From Candidatus Saccharimonadota bacterium (GTDB taxonomy: Bacteria > Patescibacteriota > Saccharimonadia > Saccharimonadales > OFTM59), in assembly GCA_029260875.1 (NCBI GenBank), contig JAJDCL010000011.1, positions 62,401 through 126,400 on the forward strand: a stretch of DNA of 64,000 nt. Reading direction: 5' to 3'. Both the position numbers and the translations under genes were made by a program. Below are positions 46,527-57,268 of the stretch, in pieces. Below the pieces are notes generated by a model. That model was not told the origin of the DNA, ran no database searches, and was given only the letters and a program-made list of their open reading frames with translations. How positions within the stretch are numbered: the stretch's first letter is position 1; the number at the start of each line of letters is the position of its first letter.

Positions 46527-48308
46527 TTAGTCCCTTTTTAGCATCACAGTAAAGGCTTCGGCCGGGATATCTACTTTACCAAATCTCTTTAGGCGTTTCT
46601 TGCCTTTCGCCTGTTTGGCTAAAACTTTTTTCTTACGGCTAACATCACCGCCATATAGACCAGTTGTTACGTCTTTTCGGTAGGCACTAATATCTTCTCG
46701 GGCGATAAATTTACCGCCGATTGCCGCTTGCAGACTTACCTGGAAATTCTGCCTTGGTATAACATCTTTCAGCTTACCAACCGTCACACGACCCAAGCCA
46801 GGCGCCTCAGAACGGTGCACCATAATGGAAAGCGCTTCAACGATTTCGCCCGCCACATAGAAATCTAGCCGGACCAGATCTTCCGACCTATAGTCTGCTA
46901 ACTCATAATTAAACGATCCGTAGCCACTGGTAATGCTCTTGAGCTGGTCATAAAAGTCTGTCAGTAAGTTGGCGAGTGGCGCCTCAAAGGCAATGATAGA
47001 TAACTGAGCATCAACGTAAGAAATGTTTTTCTGAAGACCCCTTTTAGCAGTGATCAACTGGATAACCGGACCTATGTAATCTTTAGGCAGCACAACCTCG
47101 CCGTTGATCCATGGTTCACGGATCTCGCGGATCATTGCCGGATCAGGCAAATCGGCCGCAGATTTAATATCCAGCTCGTCACCGTTAATTAGAGATACCT
47201 GGTAATCCGTCGACGGGTTAGTCACAACCAGCTCTAGGTTATATTCACGCTCCAAGCGCTCCCGAACAATATCCATGTGTAAAAGGCCAAGGAACCCTAC
47301 GCGCACCCCAAAACCAAGCACTGATGAATTTTCCGTAGTAAATTGCAGGGCAGAATCGCTGAGCGATAGTTTTTCAATCGCATCTTTTAGTAATTGATAG
47401 TTTTCGTTACTGTCGGGAAAGAAGCCTGCATAAACAAACGGCTTTACATCTTTATACCCCGGCAGCCCTTGTTCGGCTGGCTGTTGCACCAAAGTGACGG
47501 TATCTCCTACTTTCGCCTCGCGCGTACTCCGCAAATTAGTAACAATATATCCAATCTCGCCAGCTTCAAGACCGGGGAGCGGTGACATATCCGGCTTCAG
47601 GGCGCCAACTTCTAAAGCCAGCCCTTCAGCACCTGTGGCTTTCATGAGTATTTGAGCGCTCTTCGCAATTTGGCCGTCTACCACACGAACATATAAAATA
47701 ACACCGCGGTAATCATCATAGTAACTGTCAAAAATAAGTGCTCTTGTAGGCAGATTTAAATCACCCCGAGGCGGAGGCACGGTGGCTACAATACGCTCTA
47801 GAACCGCTCCAATTCCCTGGCCGGTCTTGGCTGATATGTGCATGATGTCCTCAGCCTTACAACCAAGCAAACTGATAATTTCTTGGGATACACGCTCTAC
47901 ATTGGCTGCCGGCAGGTCAATCTTATTCAGCACAGGTATAATCACCAGGTCGGCAGCTAAAGCCAAATAAACATTAGCAAGTGTTTGTGCCTGAATCCCT
48001 TGGGACGCATCCACAACAAGCAGCGCGCCTTCACAGGCCTCTAAACTACGGGACACCTCATAACTAAAGTCCACATGACCAGGGGTGTCAATCAAGTTCA
48101 GTTCGTAGTTATTGTACTTCATACGAACGGGGGCTAATTTAATCGTAATACCCTTTTCGCGCTCCAGATCCATGCGGTCTAGCAGCTGCTCCTTCATTAG
48201 CCGTTTCTCTACAGTACCAGTCAGCTCAAGTAGACGATCCGCTAAGGTACTTTTGCCGTGATCAATATGAGCTATGATGCAAAAGTTTCTAATCTGTGCC
48301 TTATCCAT
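46527..48308 (-). CDS. lepA: Elongation factor 4 (LepA)
   Basis: IRNFCIIAHIDHGKSTLADRLL and the C-terminal LepA domain. Confidence 0.97.
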   Translation of the reverse strand: MDKAQIRNFCIIAHIDHGKSTLADRLLELTGTVEKRLMKEQLLDRMDLEREKGITIKLAPVRMKYNNYELNLIDTPGHVDFSYEVSRSLEACEGALLVVDASQGIQAQTLANVYLALAADLVIIPVLNKIDLPAANVERVSQEIISLLGCKAEDIMHISAKTGQGIGAVLERIVATVPPPRGDLNLPTRALIFDSYYDDYRGVILYVRVVDGQIAKSAQILMKATGAEGLALEVGALKPDMSPLPGLEAGEIGYIVTNLRSTREAKVGDTVTLVQQPAEQGLPGYKDVKPFVYAGFFPDSNENYQLLKDAIEKLSLSDSALQFTTENSSVLGFGVRVGFLGLLHMDIVRERLEREYNLELVVTNPSTDYQVSLINGDELDIKSAADLPDPAMIREIREPWINGEVVLPKDYIGPVIQLITAKRGLQKNISYVDAQLSIIAFEAPLANLLTDFYDQLKSITSGYGSFNYELADYRSEDLVRLDFYVAGEIVEALSIMVHRSEAPGLGRVTVGKLKDVIPRQNFQVSLQAAIGGKFIAREDISAYRKDVTTGLYGGDVSRKKKVLAKQAKGKKRLKRFGKVDIPAEAFTVMLKRD

Positions 48309-48316
48309 AGATATTA

Positions 48317-49912
48317 TTACCAGTTAATTCTTATGGGTTTAAGGATTATTTGTTTGGCCTTATTAATCACCGCCTTGGCTTCTTCCAGGTCAAATAGCCA
48401 AGAAGTGGATGTATGCACTAGTAGCGTTACTAAGCTGATGGCCGCTAATTTCCCGCCCAAAACCACAAGCCCCCTGTCGTTCGCCAGTAACGGCAGATAA
48501 GATATCATAATAAACGCCGCCAATAAGCTGAACCCTGTAACTGAGAATATTCGCAAAATACCACTAAAGAACCTACGGTCCAAGAGCAACCGGTCCCTGT
48601 ATACCATAATAATAGTCAGTACCGTCACCTCACTTGCGGCGACTATTGATTGGGCAAGCGCGAGTCCCGCAATACCGTATGAGCTTGGATGAGCGAGGCG
48701 AAATGCCAAAACTATGTTTAGAGCAATGGCAAATATAGACACTAGTAGCGGAGTTTTTGTGTCCTTGTACGCATAAAAATAGCGCGAGACCATGCTGTAG
48801 ATAATCCTAAACAGTATGGCTACTACCAGGAAGCCGAATATCAACGCCACCTCGCGCGATGCATCACCAAGAATTAGACGTACTAAATATGCCCGACAAA
48901 AGTAACATATAACCAGAACGGGCATAGTCATCCAGATGATTGTACGCATAATACGCAAGAAATCTTGCCTAAATAAGTCGGGTCGGTTCTGGCTCAGTCG
49001 CTCAGTCAAGCGTGGAAACGCGGCAATAGCGATAGAATTTCCTAGCAGCATTATTGGCACATTCATCAGCGTAAGAGCATATGTATAGCTGCTGATCGCG
49101 CCAACACCCAGCACTGAGGCACGGTTAACTTCCACGATGCTGTTGACCTGGTCAATACCCTGGTCGAGTGACCTCGGCGGCAGCTGCCGCAAAACCTTTC
49201 TAAACTCCAAACTCTGCCAAGCTATAACTGGCCGCCACGTAAATCCAGTTCCAAATAGCCCTAAAAATGCTATTAAAAGCTGTAAGACCCCCCCAGCCAG
49301 CGCGCCAATACCGAGACCAACTATACCTATGTTGTCCTTGAATAAATAAACGCTAAGTATAATCGCGAAGTTGTAAGCTAAAGGTGCAACAGCATAAAAG
49401 AAAAAGCGCCCAAACGTTTGCTGCACGCTGGTTAGAATTCCGGATAAAGAGAATAACAGGGGGTTGATTGCTATCAGACGCATAATAACTACTGCCTGAT
49501 TAAAATGTTCTGGCGAAGACCTCAACGCTGGTGCCAGCAAACCTATGAATTGAGGGGCAAGAACAAGCATAACAACTGCCACAAACCCCATTAATATTGC
49601 CAAAACATTAAGCAAACTGCTGGCTAATTCCCAAACACCTTGTTTATCGCCCGCTTCTAGCCGATCTGACAAAAACGGGATAAATGCCACACCTAGAGCC
49701 CCAGCTGCAATTGTATAAAAGAAGAAGTCCGGTATCAGAAATGCAGCAAAGAAAGCATCGGAAGAGCCTGGATCAATATACGTAAAGTTCGCGCTAATAA
49801 GACGGTTGCGCAAGAAACCAAGCAACTGGCCAGCTAACGCCACCGCCACTAACAGAGTAGCAGCGCCACCTAGAGATATCCTTTGGTTGGCACGGTTAAT
49901 AAATCGCTTCAT
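48317..49912 (-). CDS. murJ: Lipid II flippase MurJ (MviN)
   Basis: A 14-TM MOP-superfamily pattern and the N-terminus RISLGGAATLLVAVALAGQLLGFLRNRLIS. Confidence 0.85.
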   Translation of the reverse strand: MKRFINRANQRISLGGAATLLVAVALAGQLLGFLRNRLISANFTYIDPGSSDAFFAAFLIPDFFFYTIAAGALGVAFIPFLSDRLEAGDKQGVWELASSLLNVLAILMGFVAVVMLVLAPQFIGLLAPALRSSPEHFNQAVVIMRLIAINPLLFSLSGILTSVQQTFGRFFFYAVAPLAYNFAIILSVYLFKDNIGIVGLGIGALAGGVLQLLIAFLGLFGTGFTWRPVIAWQSLEFRKVLRQLPPRSLDQGIDQVNSIVEVNRASVLGVGAISSYTYALTLMNVPIMLLGNSIAIAAFPRLTERLSQNRPDLFRQDFLRIMRTIIWMTMPVLVICYFCRAYLVRLILGDASREVALIFGFLVVAILFRIIYSMVSRYFYAYKDTKTPLLVSIFAIALNIVLAFRLAHPSSYGIAGLALAQSIVAASEVTVLTIIMVYRDRLLLDRRFFSGILRIFSVTGFSLLAAFIMISYLPLLANDRGLVVLGGKLAAISLVTLLVHTSTSWLFDLEEAKAVINKAKQIILKPIRINW

Positions 49913-49985
49913 TCAGATGGATATTATAGGTTACACTCTGGCCAGGGGCTAGTATAAAGTGCTGCCGTCTCGACTAAAGAGAGTT

Positions 49986-51857
49986 TTAGTACAATGCTGC
50001 AGCTTGGGGCATTTTTGTGCCCTTAAAGACATCTAAGACCTCGTCAGCTTCGACTGTTTCCTTTTCCAAGAGACGATCCTTGAGTGCTTCTAGCTTATCT
50101 CTGTTGGCCTTTATAACTGCCTTGGCACGTTCGGCAGCCTCCGTGATTAACGCCTCTACTTCATCATCTATAAGCTTAGCGGTCTCATCTGAGTATTGGC
50201 GTTCGTGCATCATGCGCTCCATCATGATGCCTTCCTCAACATGAAACACTTGATTTCGTAGCTTTTTGCCCATTCCTTGCTTGATAACCATTTCACGCGC
50301 CAGCTCTGCCGCTGCGGGCAAGTCAGACCCGGCCCCCGTGGTTACTCGCTCTGCCCCGTAAACAACTTCTTCAGCAACACGTCCGCCAAGTGCGCGCGCT
50401 AAGACATCCTTGTATTCAATAATACTGTGGTAGCTTCTGTCTTCGGTTGGAATTGACCAGGTCACGCCACCCGTCCCGCCTCTAGGTATAATTGTAACTT
50501 TATGAATTGGGTCGCTATCAGGCAAAACGTGCCCCACCAAAGCGTGTCCAGCTTCATGATAAGCTGTCATCTCCTTCTCTTTTTCGCTCATCACCTTACT
50601 CTTACGCTCAGGCCCTATAGCTACTTTTTCAAAGGCTTCAGTAACATCACTCTGAATAATCTCTTTGCGATTTTTGCGTGCTGCGATAATAGCTGCCTCA
50701 TTAGTGATATTCGCCAAATCTGCGCCGGACGAACCTGCAGTTTTTGCAGCTAAAGCGTCAAGGTCTACATTTTTGGCCAGAGGTTTTTTGGCAAAATGAA
50801 CACGCAATATTGCTTCACGGTCTTTACGCTCTGGCAAGCCTATGTTGACCCGCCGGTCAAAGCGCCCAGGCCTAAGCAGAGCAGGATCTAGTACATCAGA
50901 ACGGTTCGTAGCTGCCAGGACAATAACATTTGTGCCCTGCTCAAAACCATCCATTTCAACGAGTATTTGGTTGAGGGTTTGCTCGCGCTCATCGTGTCCA
51001 CCACCCATACCCGAGCCTCTACGACGCCCGACCGCATCAATTTCGTCTATGAATATAATGCAAGGGGCATTTTTCTTGGCTTTAGCAAACAGATCGCGCA
51101 CACGTGAGGCGCCCACGCCAACAAACATTTCAACGAATTCAGAGCCAGAAATACTAAAGAAAGGCGCATTCGCCTCGCCCGCTACGGCGCGGGCCAACAT
51201 GGTTTTACCCGTACCTGGGGGACCAACTAATAGCACCCCCTTAGGGATGCGAGCTCCGACGCCTTCAAATTTTTTTGGAAACTTCAAGAACTCAACAACC
51301 TCTTCTAGGTCCTGCTTGGCTTCATCGCTTCCTGCAATGTTACTAAAAGTCACTTTGTCCTTTTCATTACCGTATAATCGTGCGCGACTCTTGCCAAAGC
51401 TCAATGCCTGGTTGCCTTGTCCTTGGGCGCTTCTGAGCATAAAGAATAAAACCAAACTAATGATCACTATGGGTAGTAAATTAGCGCCAATACTCAACCA
51501 TGTTGACCCAGCCGACGAAGGTTGCTGGGGGTTAACCGTCAGACCTTCAATACCCAGCTTAAGCCCCTGTTCATAAATGGTCGAGCCGCTTTCTTTGGTT
51601 GATTTTTCACTGGGTTCTTCTTCGCCTTTTTTGGTAATTTCAATAGCATTGTCACGGATAATAATTTCACTAATTTCGCCATTATTGGCTCGGGTAACTA
51701 CGTCAGATAAAGGTACTTCCTTAAGCTGGCTTGGCTGGCCGTATGCGGCAAATATAATCAAGCCGAACAGAATTATCAGCGCTATAAAGCCAACGTTTTT
51801 GGCCCCGCGTCGATTCTTCGGCCCCCCAGGGTTAGATTGGAATGGTTTCTTATCCAT
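49986..51857 (-). CDS. ftsH: ATP-dependent zinc metalloprotease FtsH
   Basis: [14 protein letters not shown], and HEAGHAL zinc-binding. Confidence 0.97.
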   Translation of the reverse strand: MDKKPFQSNPGGPKNRRGAKNVGFIALIILFGLIIFAAYGQPSQLKEVPLSDVVTRANNGEISEIIIRDNAIEITKKGEEEPSEKSTKESGSTIYEQGLKLGIEGLTVNPQQPSSAGSTWLSIGANLLPIVIISLVLFFMLRSAQGQGNQALSFGKSRARLYGNEKDKVTFSNIAGSDEAKQDLEEVVEFLKFPKKFEGVGARIPKGVLLVGPPGTGKTMLARAVAGEANAPFFSISGSEFVEMFVGVGASRVRDLFAKAKKNAPCIIFIDEIDAVGRRRGSGMGGGHDEREQTLNQILVEMDGFEQGTNVIVLAATNRSDVLDPALLRPGRFDRRVNIGLPERKDREAILRVHFAKKPLAKNVDLDALAAKTAGSSGADLANITNEAAIIAARKNRKEIIQSDVTEAFEKVAIGPERKSKVMSEKEKEMTAYHEAGHALVGHVLPDSDPIHKVTIIPRGGTGGVTWSIPTEDRSYHSIIEYKDVLARALGGRVAEEVVYGAERVTTGAGSDLPAAAELAREMVIKQGMGKKLRNQVFHVEEGIMMERMMHERQYSDETAKLIDDEVEALITEAAERAKAVIKANRDKLEALKDRLLEKETVEADEVLDVFKGTKMPQAAALY

Positions 51858-51890
51858 ACCGGGCTATTATACACAAGATTGAGCCTATGA

Positions 51891-52781
51891 TTAATAGCGC
51901 TCTCGCTGCGTGAGTGCCAAACTGTCTTTTGTTACCTTAATAAAATGCCTTGCGTTAACATCAATATGCTTGCCAGAGGCAAGAGTTTTAGCACTGGCCA
52001 CAAGTTTTTCTAATAGTTTTTTATCAAACTGACGGATATCGTGAATCCGGAGCCAAGTGGCCATCAATTCTAACGAAATAGCATGGGGTAGTGAAATAAA
52101 TAACCTCCTATTCATTCTCTTGCCCTGACCTACAACTTGCAAAAGATTCGCAATTTGTAGGTCAAGTGTCTTGTTGGTTTGTCTCGTTTTTGCCAGCAGT
52201 TTCAGTAAACGCTTACGCTCATTTGGGTTCATTTTTTTGACGATATTTTCTCGTACGTAATTGCGGCGATACTTTGTATCGGTATTTGTACTATCTTCTC
52301 GCCACCTTACCTGTTGGTGTTTGGCATATGCTGTTAGCTCTTTTTTGGATACATGCAGCAGAGGTCTGCGTATGTTTTTATCATCAGCAAGCGAACTCAG
52401 CCCTTTGCGATTCGTACCTCTTAACATGTTCATTATTGCAGTTTCTAGCAAATCATCTTGGTGATGTGCCGTAATAATTGCGTTTGCGCCTGTTGCTCGC
52501 TGAACTTTGCGCAAAAAGTCGTAACGGGCCTTGCGGGCTGTAGCCTCGCTTGCATCGGGGCCTAAGTTAGCTTGGTCGTAGACAAATACCAGCCCATGCT
52601 TATTAGCTATTTCTTGAACCAGAAGCCTGTCAATATCCGAATCCGGACGAATACCGTGGTCCAAATGTGCCACGACCAGTCTGATGTCGCTTCGCCGACG
52701 TAAGACATCCAGGAGAGCCATGGAGTCTACCCCGCCAGAAACCCCCAAAACATAAATCCCCGGCCCTAAGTCAACCTTCAT
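51891..52781 (-). CDS. tilS: tRNA(Ile)-lysidine synthetase TilS
   Basis: PP-loop VSGGVDSMALL. The tilS-ftsH linkage is conserved. Confidence 0.85.
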   Translation of the reverse strand: MKVDLGPGIYVLGVSGGVDSMALLDVLRRRSDIRLVVAHLDHGIRPDSDIDRLLVQEIANKHGLVFVYDQANLGPDASEATARKARYDFLRKVQRATGANAIITAHHQDDLLETAIMNMLRGTNRKGLSSLADDKNIRRPLLHVSKKELTAYAKHQQVRWREDSTNTDTKYRRNYVRENIVKKMNPNERKRLLKLLAKTRQTNKTLDLQIANLLQVVGQGKRMNRRLFISLPHAISLELMATWLRIHDIRQFDKKLLEKLVASAKTLASGKHIDVNARHFIKVTKDSLALTQRERY

Positions 52782-52860
52782 ACATATATATTAACCTACT
52801 AGGCTGCCTTTGAAGCAGGTCCATAAATCAAGCTGTTACATAGCCATTACCCGATAGCAC

Positions 52861-53991
52861 TTATAAGTGCATTCGCCTACTCAGTAGTGTGTCTAGAAGC
52901 GCCATGCGTATATAAAGACCGTTGCCTGCTTGTTCAAAATATTTTGCCCGTGGGTCGTTGTCAACTTCTGGTGTTATTTCCCAGACCCGCGGCAGGGGGT
53001 GCATTATTATCGTGTCTTTCTTCATCAATCGTGCCACTTTTAGATCAATCACAAAGCTTGAGACAGATGCCTGGGTAGACTTATGGTTGGGGCTAGATAG
53101 TTTAGTGTTTTGTGCAAATAAATCCTTCTCCGATTCAGCTAGTCTCTCTGTCTGTGTTCTTGTCCAATACACCACATCTGCGTCCCGTAAAGCAATACTA
53201 CGCGCATCTTCCATGCTAAAAAATTCTTTAAAAGTAGTGCCCTGCGCTCTAAGAATTTTCAAAACATCGTCTTGCATCTTTAAGCCAGGCATAGACACAA
53301 AGCTAATGTGATTTTTAGTATATTTGGACAATAGCTGTGCAAGTGAGCGCACTGTTCTGCCATGCCTTAAATCACCACCCATAACAACGTGCAACCTATC
53401 CAGCCTACCCTTTTCGCGCTTAATAGTATACGCATCAAGCAATGCCTGTGTAGGGTGTTCGCCCATGCCGTCTCCAGCGTTAATAATAGGAACATTACTT
53501 ACTGAAGCCGCTCGTAGAGCAGAGCCCGTTTCATGATGCCGCAAAACAATAATACTAAAGTCATATTCATTGATCACCCGCGTGCTGTCCTCAATGGTTT
53601 CACCCTTAGCAGCAGATGAGAACTCGCGCGCGTTTTCTGTACTCACTATGCCCACACCCAGCTTTGTAGCTGCTTGCTCAAAGCTTAATCTTGTCCTGGT
53701 GGAAGGTTCATAAAATAGGCTGCAGAGCTGATGTCCTTTGTAGCGGGAAGCTAGCGACCGCCTGGATGTAGGAATTGCGAGCATTTTTCTAAGCTCGTCA
53801 GCGCGCAGGAACAATCTTTCTAGTTGGTTAGGGGTAAATTGCTGTGCATTTAAAACATGAGGGATGTTAAGAAGCGGTCTGGACTCACGCGCAGGAGCAA
53901 CAAAAAAACGGCCACTGGCCGCTTCTGAAATTTTTAGTTGAGGAGTTTGCCCTCCAACTGCACCTAGTAATTGAGCTTTTTGTGCTGCCAT
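52861..53991 (-). CDS. pyrB: Aspartate carbamoyltransferase catalytic-chain-like protein with an N-terminal extension
   Basis: STRTRLSFE, HPTQALLD, GDLRHGRTVRS, and IMHPLPR with ...NGLYIRMALL. The N-terminus has about 40 extra residues. Confidence 0.65.
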   Translation of the reverse strand: MAAQKAQLLGAVGGQTPQLKISEAASGRFFVAPARESRPLLNIPHVLNAQQFTPNQLERLFLRADELRKMLAIPTSRRSLASRYKGHQLCSLFYEPSTRTRLSFEQAATKLGVGIVSTENAREFSSAAKGETIEDSTRVINEYDFSIIVLRHHETGSALRAASVSNVPIINAGDGMGEHPTQALLDAYTIKREKGRLDRLHVVMGGDLRHGRTVRSLAQLLSKYTKNHISFVSMPGLKMQDDVLKILRAQGTTFKEFFSMEDARSIALRDADVVYWTRTQTERLAESEKDLFAQNTKLSSPNHKSTQASVSSFVIDLKVARLMKKDTIIMHPLPRVWEITPEVDNDPRAKYFEQAGNGLYIRMALLDTLLSRRMHL

Positions 53992-54077
53992 ACTAGATTT
54001 ACAGTATAGTCCGTTGCGCTAAAGCTTGCAAACTTTTTGTGTTTACTAACAGCCAGCTTATGTGTTTTGATTGACTT

Positions 54078-54494
54078 ATGGCAGATAAAAAACCAGGCGT
54101 TGGTATTGGCGTATACATTTTTAAAGACGGCAAGTTACTCCTTGGGCAGAGACAAAGTGAAAGCACACATGGCGTGGGCGGATGGTGCCCACCTGGCGGC
54201 AAGCTGGATTTTGGTGAAAGTTTTGCAGAGTGCGCTAAGCGCGAAGTAGCAGAAGAGTGCGGCCTTAAGATATCTGATCCCGTTTATGTGGGCTGCACAA
54301 ACGACATATTTGAAAATGAAGACATGCATTTTGTCACGATCGCCATGCGCGCAGAATGGGTCAGCGGCAAACCGCAAGTACTCGAACCACATAAAATTGC
54401 CGAATGGCAGTGGTTTGACCTTAACAAGCTGCCTTCGTCACTTTTCTTGCCTGTAATCAATTTTATGCGTACTAATCTCAAAATACTTAGATAA
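54078..54494 (+). CDS. NUDIX hydrolase
   Basis: Nudix box GGKLDFGESFAECAKREVAEECGL. Confidence 0.8.
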   Translation: MADKKPGVGIGVYIFKDGKLLLGQRQSESTHGVGGWCPPGGKLDFGESFAECAKREVAEECGLKISDPVYVGCTNDIFENEDMHFVTIAMRAEWVSGKPQVLEPHKIAEWQWFDLNKLPSSLFLPVINFMRTNLKILR

Positions 54495-54546
54495 ATATTA
54501 AATTTTATTGTATAATAAGTAGACGCCTAGAAGGATTGCTATTACG

Positions 54547-55086
54547 TTGGTCGGACACCCGGGTTCAGGTAAAACTGAGTCCAGCAGATATTTGGCTGAA
54601 GAACACGACTTCAAACCTTTTACCAACAGTGCATACTTGCAAGCCGAAGCCGCTAAGCGCGGCTTAATACTTAAGGAACGATCTGATTATGAAGCACTGC
54701 AAAGAAGGTTGCGGCTAGAAGTCAGCGCTACATTTATAACCGACATGACATTCCAAATGCCGTATGATCGTATTTTAAATGACGGTTTACGAAATAGATT
54801 GGATGCGCTTAAGTTTCTTGAAAAACGCGGTATTCTGATTGCATTAAATTGTCCGTTAGAAATTCGTTTTGAACGCACTGCCGGTTCTTACCCTAGATAT
54901 CCAACTACGTTAGAGGAATTTAAGGCAGCGGAATTGCCAGAGTATAATCATACTGATCCGTTTGGCTTACACACTCAATGGGTAATGGATAACGCTACAT
55001 ATCACATTGACACCTCCGGATCCATAGCAGACAGCCAACTTGCTCTTGATAAAATTGTAGCCACCCAGACCGCACTTTTAATTTAA
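54547..55086 (+). CDS. P-loop NTPase, putative nucleotide kinase; TTG start
   Basis: GHPGSGKTE Walker A is immediately at the N-terminus. The ORF has no in-frame ATG, so it uses TTG at 54547 or ATT. Confidence 0.4.
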   Translation: MVGHPGSGKTESSRYLAEEHDFKPFTNSAYLQAEAAKRGLILKERSDYEALQRRLRLEVSATFITDMTFQMPYDRILNDGLRNRLDALKFLEKRGILIALNCPLEIRFERTAGSYPRYPTTLEEFKAAELPEYNHTDPFGLHTQWVMDNATYHIDTSGSIADSQLALDKIVATQTALLI

Positions 55087-55236
55087 AATAATGACTTGCA
55101 GAGGAATGTTACATAACATCATATGACTGTTCAGTATTTACTGAATACACAGTAAAATTTCTAGCTGTTAAGTGCTCATTAGAAGCAAATAATAATTATA
55201 TAAACTGGAGGTATTTATGAACAGTTCGGGCCTTTA

Positions 55237-55809
55237 TTACTTCTGGTTGTCGTCACTGCCTTTTAGAGCTGATTCAATTACGTCCCTAGGCAAGGCTGCA
55301 GCAGAAAGCAAAGCGCTCCGCACTGTTTGAACTGCATCGCCACCTATACTGGTTGCTGCATTCATTGCACCACCAACAGCCGACTTGGCCGCTTCTGCGG
55401 TATCGCCACCAACGTCACCGGCCGCTTTTATGGCACCCTGCACTGCAGAAACTGCAGCACCACCTATGTCACCCCCGGTTTCTGCGGTTGCCTTAACAAC
55501 ACCTTGAGCCCCACCGTATACGGCTGAGATTACGTCGCCGCCAATTTGGCTAACGCCTTTTACGACACCACTCATAGTGTTTGAAATTGTATCTGTCACA
55601 GAGGCACCTACTTGCCCCGCACCTTTTACGGCCCCGCTAGCTACAGAGGCAACTGCCTCTACAGCGCTTCCTGCTACTTCGCCCGTACCTTGCAAGACAT
55701 TTACAACCTGGTCCTTCACGGTACCCGTAATGGCATCTACAATATTATCAACACCCTGTACGGCCGCTACCACGGCATTGCTTGCTTCTTGTATTAATCT
55801 ATCGATCAT
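55237..55809 (-). CDS. Gly/Ala/Val-rich protein built from about fourteen 11-residue (seven 22-residue) repeats
   Basis: IGGDVISAVYG GAQGVVKATAE TGGDIGGAAVS AVQGAIKAAGD VGGDTAEAAKS AVGGAMNAATS IGGDAVQTVRS are periodic 11-mers. Confidence 0.5.
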   Translation of the reverse strand: MIDRLIQEASNAVVAAVQGVDNIVDAITGTVKDQVVNVLQGTGEVAGSAVEAVASVASGAVKGAGQVGASVTDTISNTMSGVVKGVSQIGGDVISAVYGGAQGVVKATAETGGDIGGAAVSAVQGAIKAAGDVGGDTAEAAKSAVGGAMNAATSIGGDAVQTVRSALLSAAALPRDVIESALKGSDDNQK

Positions 55810-55884
55810 TTTTTCTCCTTTTACCCATTAACAGTTCGTACTACTACCCTAACATATAATGTTTATATGGTCATGTAGAGGCTA

Positions 55885-56603
55885 TTGCTCTGCTGGGTTG
55901 ACAGAATATACGTACGGTACAAGTCAAAGTTGAAAGTCCTATATAATCAAAGCGTGAGCGAATTCCTGGTTCTGGGCGGGCTGGCGTTGGCCGATGCCAT
56001 CAACCCGACAACTCTCGGCATAAGCCTGTATTTGTTAATGCACCGTCATTACTTGCAACAGGTTTTGCTGTTTGTTTGTGGTGTTTTTGTGACTTACTTC
56101 TTTTTTGGTTTAGTACTCGAACTTGGGTTTGACAAGTTTTTACTAGGTTTATGGGGCGAACAGCATTCGGCGCTGACAGCCCTGAATCTTTTGATCGGTA
56201 CAGCTATAATATTGTATGGTTTTAGGCTCGGCAAAAGACCAAAAAAACGCCGTGCCTCACTGCAAAAACAAAGTGTTGTTACTGTACATTCCGCGTTTGT
56301 ACTAGGCGGCCTGGCTACTGTCATGGACCTGCCCACGGCTTTTCCTTACCTTGGGCTATCAGCCTTATCGGGACCTTAAGCGACAACTTCAGCGAAGCAA
56401 TAACTATATTGTTCGCCTACAATCTGATTGTAATATCGCCATTGTTACTTTTATTGCTTACCAGGCTGGTTTTTCATGATCATTCTGAAGCCGTGGTCAA
56501 AAAAGTACGCAGCAATATTTTCATATGGGAACCACCGGTACTGCGTCTTACATTAACCTTTATCGGCACAATGTTTCTTTATAACGCACTTGTTGCGTTA
56601 TAG
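55885..56603 (+). pseudogene. Membrane protein gene, apparently split by a frameshift (55885..56379 plus 56409..56603)
   Basis: Two consecutive hydrophobic ORFs in different frames separated by 30 nt. The second lacks an RBS context. Confidence 0.3.
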
Positions 56604-56841
56604 CCGCAGCTTTTTTGCTAAGCTTGGGCATAGTATGTAAGTGCTAAAATGCAATTATGGGATATTTGCTTGTTACTGGTTACATTTTGTTGGTGGGTGT
56701 TTAACGGTCATGGATTATTAGTAGATCATTTTGTATCAGAATATCAATGTAGTGATACGAGATTAAAGTTATGTACCACTGTTGATACATAATCGCTTAT
56801 GTGTAACATTCACTAGTTGAAGCTGATACCAGTCGCGATCA

Positions 56842-56861
56842 ATGTACCACTAGTGGTACAT
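56842..56861. repeat. Perfect 20 bp palindrome ATGTACCACT/AGTGGTACAT with a half-site copy at 56771..56790
   Basis: atgtaccactagtggtacat. Related gtatca/tgatac motifs occur at 56733-56760. Confidence 0.6.
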
Positions 56862-56932
56862 ACAAAATATAATCAGTGCCAACAATAGAGTGGTTGATTA
56901 TAATCTTTTTGCCGGTTTGCCAGGATACTCGC

Positions 56933-57268
56933 TTATGCTAGTGCCTCGTCTATCCAGTTGCGTAGTTCTTGATTCATATCGTCAGGTAATATAAATGTCA
57001 TCATAGGCACTTCTTCGGATGTGGTTTTGCGAACGTCATCCATCACCGCATTTTTATGCCTGTCGGTTGTGTAAGAAGTAATGGTTACGTAATCCATATC
57101 TTGGACCTTGCCCTTCCAAAGAAACCGTGCTGGTGCACTGATGAATTGTCCACCAGTGACTAGCTTTTTCTCAAGTAACGAGTTCAAAATTTTATCAGCC
57201 TGGTCCTGATTCTCCGCACTAATCTTAACTTCGTAATACAAGCTCATGATTTGTTGTTGCTGTTCCAT
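56933..57268 (-). CDS. CutA1-like divalent-ion tolerance protein
   Basis: FLWKGKV...H.YEVP...pattern (RFLWKGKVQDMDYVTITSYTTD...EEVPMMTFILP). Confidence 0.45.
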   Translation of the reverse strand: MEQQQQIMSLYYEVKISAENQDQADKILNSLLEKKLVTGGQFISAPARFLWKGKVQDMDYVTITSYTTDRHKNAVMDDVRKTTSEEVPMMTFILPDDMNQELRNWIDEALA

